This document shows, piece by piece, positions 55,058 to 57,657 of a stretch of 57,657 nucleotides of DNA. The stretch is from an uncultured Azospirillum sp. Its GTDB lineage: Bacteria > Pseudomonadota > Alphaproteobacteria > Azospirillales > Azospirillaceae. The position numbers and the translations under genes were made by a program. Below the pieces are notes generated by a model. It was not told the origin of the DNA. It did not search any database and worked only from the letters and a program-made list of their open reading frames with translations. Where the stretch lies: the NCBI GenBank assembly GCA_937960755.1, contig CALGOL010000245.1:1-57657 (forward strand). Direction: 5' to 3'. How positions within the stretch are numbered: position 1 is the stretch's first letter; the number at the start of each line of letters is the position of its first letter.

Positions 55058-55959
55058 AGATCGTCCGTTGCGCCATCCGAAGCCGCCTGTGCTGCGGCAA
55101 TAAGCTGATACGCGCCGCTACGACTGGACGCTACCGCGAGAAAACGATTGCGATGACAGAAGACGGCGTCAGCGACGCCGGTGACGGCTCGCAGTCGATC
55201 ATCGGCAAGTCCGGCCCAGCATTCCGGCAGCGGCTGACGGGGTAGCAGCCCGCCCGGCTCGGTCGGCATTGTGGCGACAATCCATGAACTGGACCCGTCC
55301 GACGGCGCCCGCTCGGGATAAAGAGCGTATAAAACCGGCAAGCCATGAGTATGGGCGGCGTCGATCCATGGCATCGGGGCCGGCAATTCAATGATTTTCG
55401 GCGTGTCGGGCTGAACTGCCGCCAGGACCAAGGCTGCCGCGGACGCTGTCGCGCAGGCCTGCTCGGCGGCGCGCCGGATCCATGTTGCGGCCATGGCCGC
55501 AGCGTCGGCAAAACAGGCGTCGGCGCTTCGATCGGCATTCCATGGCGGATTGAACGCTCCAAGCATTCGGACGACCGAATCCGGTCTTGCCGCTTCGCAA
55601 CCATTGTCGATGCGATCAATGGCGACGATCAACGTTTCATCCAGCATCCGCCAAATACAATCAATGATTGTGGCATCGGCGCCGACCGGCAGCCACGTCG
55701 CCAAAGCCTGTCGTCCAAAGTCGCGCCAAAGCAACCCGGCGGCGCTGTACGGCGTTCCATCCGTCCGACGTTCTCCGCCGTCGCGCATGTGATGGTCGTA
55801 CGGGCCGCCGCCGACGTCGAAGGCCAGATCCGCCGCCGCAATCACGCCGGGATCTCGGCTGCGCCGAAAGGCGAATTGTTCCCCCAGCGCGGCCCGCAGA
55901 ATAGCGTAGCCCAAAACGTCGTCGGCGTGAAAACGTCCGGAATGGGTGACGACCAGCAT
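55027..55959 (-). CDS. MYG1-family (UPF0160) DHH hydrolase/exonuclease
   Basis: THSGRFHADD, DVGG, YDHH, YSAAGLLW, FCH. Confidence 0.9.
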   Translation of the reverse strand: MLVVTHSGRFHADDVLGYAILRAALGEQFAFRRSRDPGVIAAADLAFDVGGGPYDHHMRDGGERRTDGTPYSAAGLLWRDFGRQALATWLPVGADATIIDCIWRMLDETLIVAIDRIDNGCEAARPDSVVRMLGAFNPPWNADRSADACFADAAAMAATWIRRAAEQACATASAAALVLAAVQPDTPKIIELPAPMPWIDAAHTHGLPVLYALYPERAPSDGSSSWIVATMPTEPGGLLPRQPLPECWAGLADDRLRAVTGVADAVFCHRNRFLAVASSRSGAYQLIAAAQAASDGATDDLNDEKPHLAT

Positions 55960-56010
55960 TGGATTTTCTCCCGGTTTGGATTGCCCGTGCGCCGCGGCGG
56001 CGCGGCGACG

Positions 56011-56538
56011 TCATGTCGAAGCGGGCGGATCGACGTTGGCGGCGGGAAACGCGCGGCCGAACCAGCGCGCCGTATAAAGCGACGCCGCCAGCGACGCCAG
56101 AATGACCAGCGTGAAGAGGTGCAGTCCGCTCATCACCTCGACCAACGCCATGCGCCGCAGCTTGAAAACCACCAGAAAAAGCGCGAAGACGAAGACGTCG
56201 GTCATCGACAGCCTAGCCATGATCTCGCCCGTCGCGAGCAAAAGCGGCGCCCGCCGCAACGGCGCCAGCCAGAGATAAGCATACAAAAGGATTTTGAGAA
56301 ACGGCATGGCCATGCCGAACACGAAAACGACCAGAAACAGGAAAAGATCAGACCGATACAGCTCATAAGCGCCGCGGGCGATGGAGATCTCGGTGCTGAC
56401 CAAAAACGGCGTCGACAGCTTCATAACCGGCTGGAACCATGCGTACGGCAGCGCCGCCAACAGGGCGAGATTGACGGCGCACGCCGTCTTTCCCAGCGGG
56501 CCGGCGATCAGAACGGCGGGAGTGACGTTCTTCGGCAT
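56011..56538 (-). CDS. Paraquat-inducible protein A-like membrane protein
   Basis: ISIARGAYELY, VFGMAMPFLK, RLSMTDVFVFAL, GLHLF. Confidence 0.75.
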   Translation of the reverse strand: MPKNVTPAVLIAGPLGKTACAVNLALLAALPYAWFQPVMKLSTPFLVSTEISIARGAYELYRSDLFLFLVVFVFGMAMPFLKILLYAYLWLAPLRRAPLLLATGEIMARLSMTDVFVFALFLVVFKLRRMALVEVMSGLHLFTLVILASLAASLYTARWFGRAFPAANVDPPAST

Positions 56539-56540
56539 CC

Positions 56541-56909
56541 TCACGCTCCGCTCGTTAAGACGAACCGGGCGGCCAGGGCGCAAGCGGCGATGAACAAGGC
56601 GACCGTCACCGCCTTTTCCGCGATGACCAACGCCGCCAGCGAAGCCATCGGCAGCACGGCGAACGTGACGATCAGGTTGAAGTCCTCCTCCAGCAGCCGG
56701 TTCCTTTGCAGCGCGAAGAGCGCCGCCGGATCGCCTTTACAGACGAAAACCTGGGGAAAGGCGCAGTGCAGGTTCTTGGCCACCCCGTATTCCCAGGCGG
56801 CGGCGAAATCGTGGGGCTCCGGGCGCAAAATCGCTTCACGGTTCAGCATCCCCATCGCCAGCAGATAGACCAGCAGCAAAACGCACCATAATCTATAGAC
56901 GTAGCTCAT
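56541..56909 (-). CDS. Hypothetical membrane protein
   Basis: GGGAGGG RBS, three hydrophobic segments. Confidence 0.55.
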   Translation of the reverse strand: MSYVYRLWCVLLLVYLLAMGMLNREAILRPEPHDFAAAWEYGVAKNLHCAFPQVFVCKGDPAALFALQRNRLLEEDFNLIVTFAVLPMASLAALVIAEKAVTVALFIAACALAARFVLTSGA

Positions 56910-57092
56910 CGTTCGTCCCTCCCATGCGTCGTCATGCTTGCGGCTGCTTGAGCGCCGACGGGCGGCGCCGTTCCATGCGTTCACCATAAAAGCTGGCGAC
57001 GGCGGCGACGGCGGCGGCAAAATTGCCGGCCGCAGCCAAGGGGCTTGGAGGCGTCAAACTGCCTCTACCGCATCCAGTGGAGCGCCGCCCCG

Positions 57093-57657
57093 ATGAAGTT
57101 CCGTTTACCCCGATTATTGCGCAATGCGCTCCCCGCCGGCAGGGACGGCGGCGTCGCCGAGGACGGCCGGGCGGCCGCGCTCGCCTCCTCGGCCGCCTGC
57201 GTTCCCGTGCTGGTGCAAGATGAGGGGGCGACGGTGCGCCTGACCGGCGAGCGGCTGATGGTGACGCGCAAAGACGGCCCCGACCGCGGCGTCCGGTTGG
57301 ACGAAGTGGCGCAGTTGGCGTTGCTGGGAAACGTCACGGTCACCACGCCGTGCATTCATGCGCTGCTGGCGCGGGGCGTCCCCATCGCCTGGCATTCGGC
57401 AAGCGGCTGGTTGCACGGCGCGGCGCTTGGCGGACACGGACAGGCGACGCTGCGGCTGGCGCAATACCGCTTGGCGGACGATCCCAAACGCTCCCTTGCC
57501 TTCGCCCGCACGCTGGTCGCCACGAAAATCGCCAACGCCCGCACGTTGCTGCGCCGCCGTTGCGAAGGCGACGCCCTGACCCCGACCTTGGACGGATTGG
57601 CCCGGCAGGCGCGCGCCGCCGGCGTGACACAACTGGTGGACGGCGTGGGCATGCTGG
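57093..57657 (+). CDS. cas1: CRISPR-associated Cas1, 5' part (runs off window)
   Basis: Open from ATG 57093: PVLVQDEGATV...VRLDEVAQLALLGNVTVTTPCIHALLARGVPIAWHSASGWLHG...LRLAQY...ARTLVATKIANARTLLRR; absent from the ORF track because no stop is in the window. Confidence 0.88.
   Translation, partial: MKFRLPRLLRNALPAGRDGGVAEDGRAAALASSAACVPVLVQDEGATVRLTGERLMVTRKDGPDRGVRLDEVAQLALLGNVTVTTPCIHALLARGVPIAWHSASGWLHGAALGGHGQATLRLAQYRLADDPKRSLAFARTLVATKIANARTLLRRRCEGDALTPTLDGLARQARAAGVTQLVDGVGML

Noticed and set aside
48876-56868. Long ORFs such as 48876-50021 (+) and 55345-56868 (+), also 35202-36380 (-)
   Set aside because: Antisense shadows of recognisable genes in GC-rich DNA, with no motifs of their own.

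Overview
Backbone of a large, GC-rich conjugative plasmid, probably alphaproteobacterial (inferred from the RPA-family initiator and gene content), with a transfer system of the IncC / SXT-R391 type. In order: parS-like palindromes, parB-parA, a degenerate DUF1524 nuclease, a WGR gene, an HTH gene with a candidate antisense RNA, repA and an iteron/IHF origin (1-5.9 kb). Then MOBH relaxase traI, traD, traJ, traLEKB, traV, traA, two large Ig-like proteins (one ending in thrombospondin-type repeats), dsbC, traC, trhF, traW, traU, an inserted GSU2403-type nucleotidyltransferase, traN and acaB (6.3-33.8 kb). Then an ssb-bet-exo-AAA-DUF3150-VWA-RNase H-primase operon (34.1-43.9 kb), a cargo island with a candidate two-gene defence system, an IS5 scar and an atypical resolvase (43.9-51.3 kb), and dsbA, an exclusion-like lipoprotein, a lytic transglycosylase, MYG1, PqiA and a cas1 cut by the window end. 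The strongest unannotated signal read directly from the DNA is a 21-bp box (AAAT-N13-ATTT type) whose end lies 31-32 bp before the first base of a -10 hexamer at nine promoters, defining the regulon of a master activator not encoded in this window. traF/H/G and acaDC/setDC-like genes are not in the window. No CRISPR array, tRNA or rRNA was seen. Family calls come from motif recognition and synteny, not database searches.
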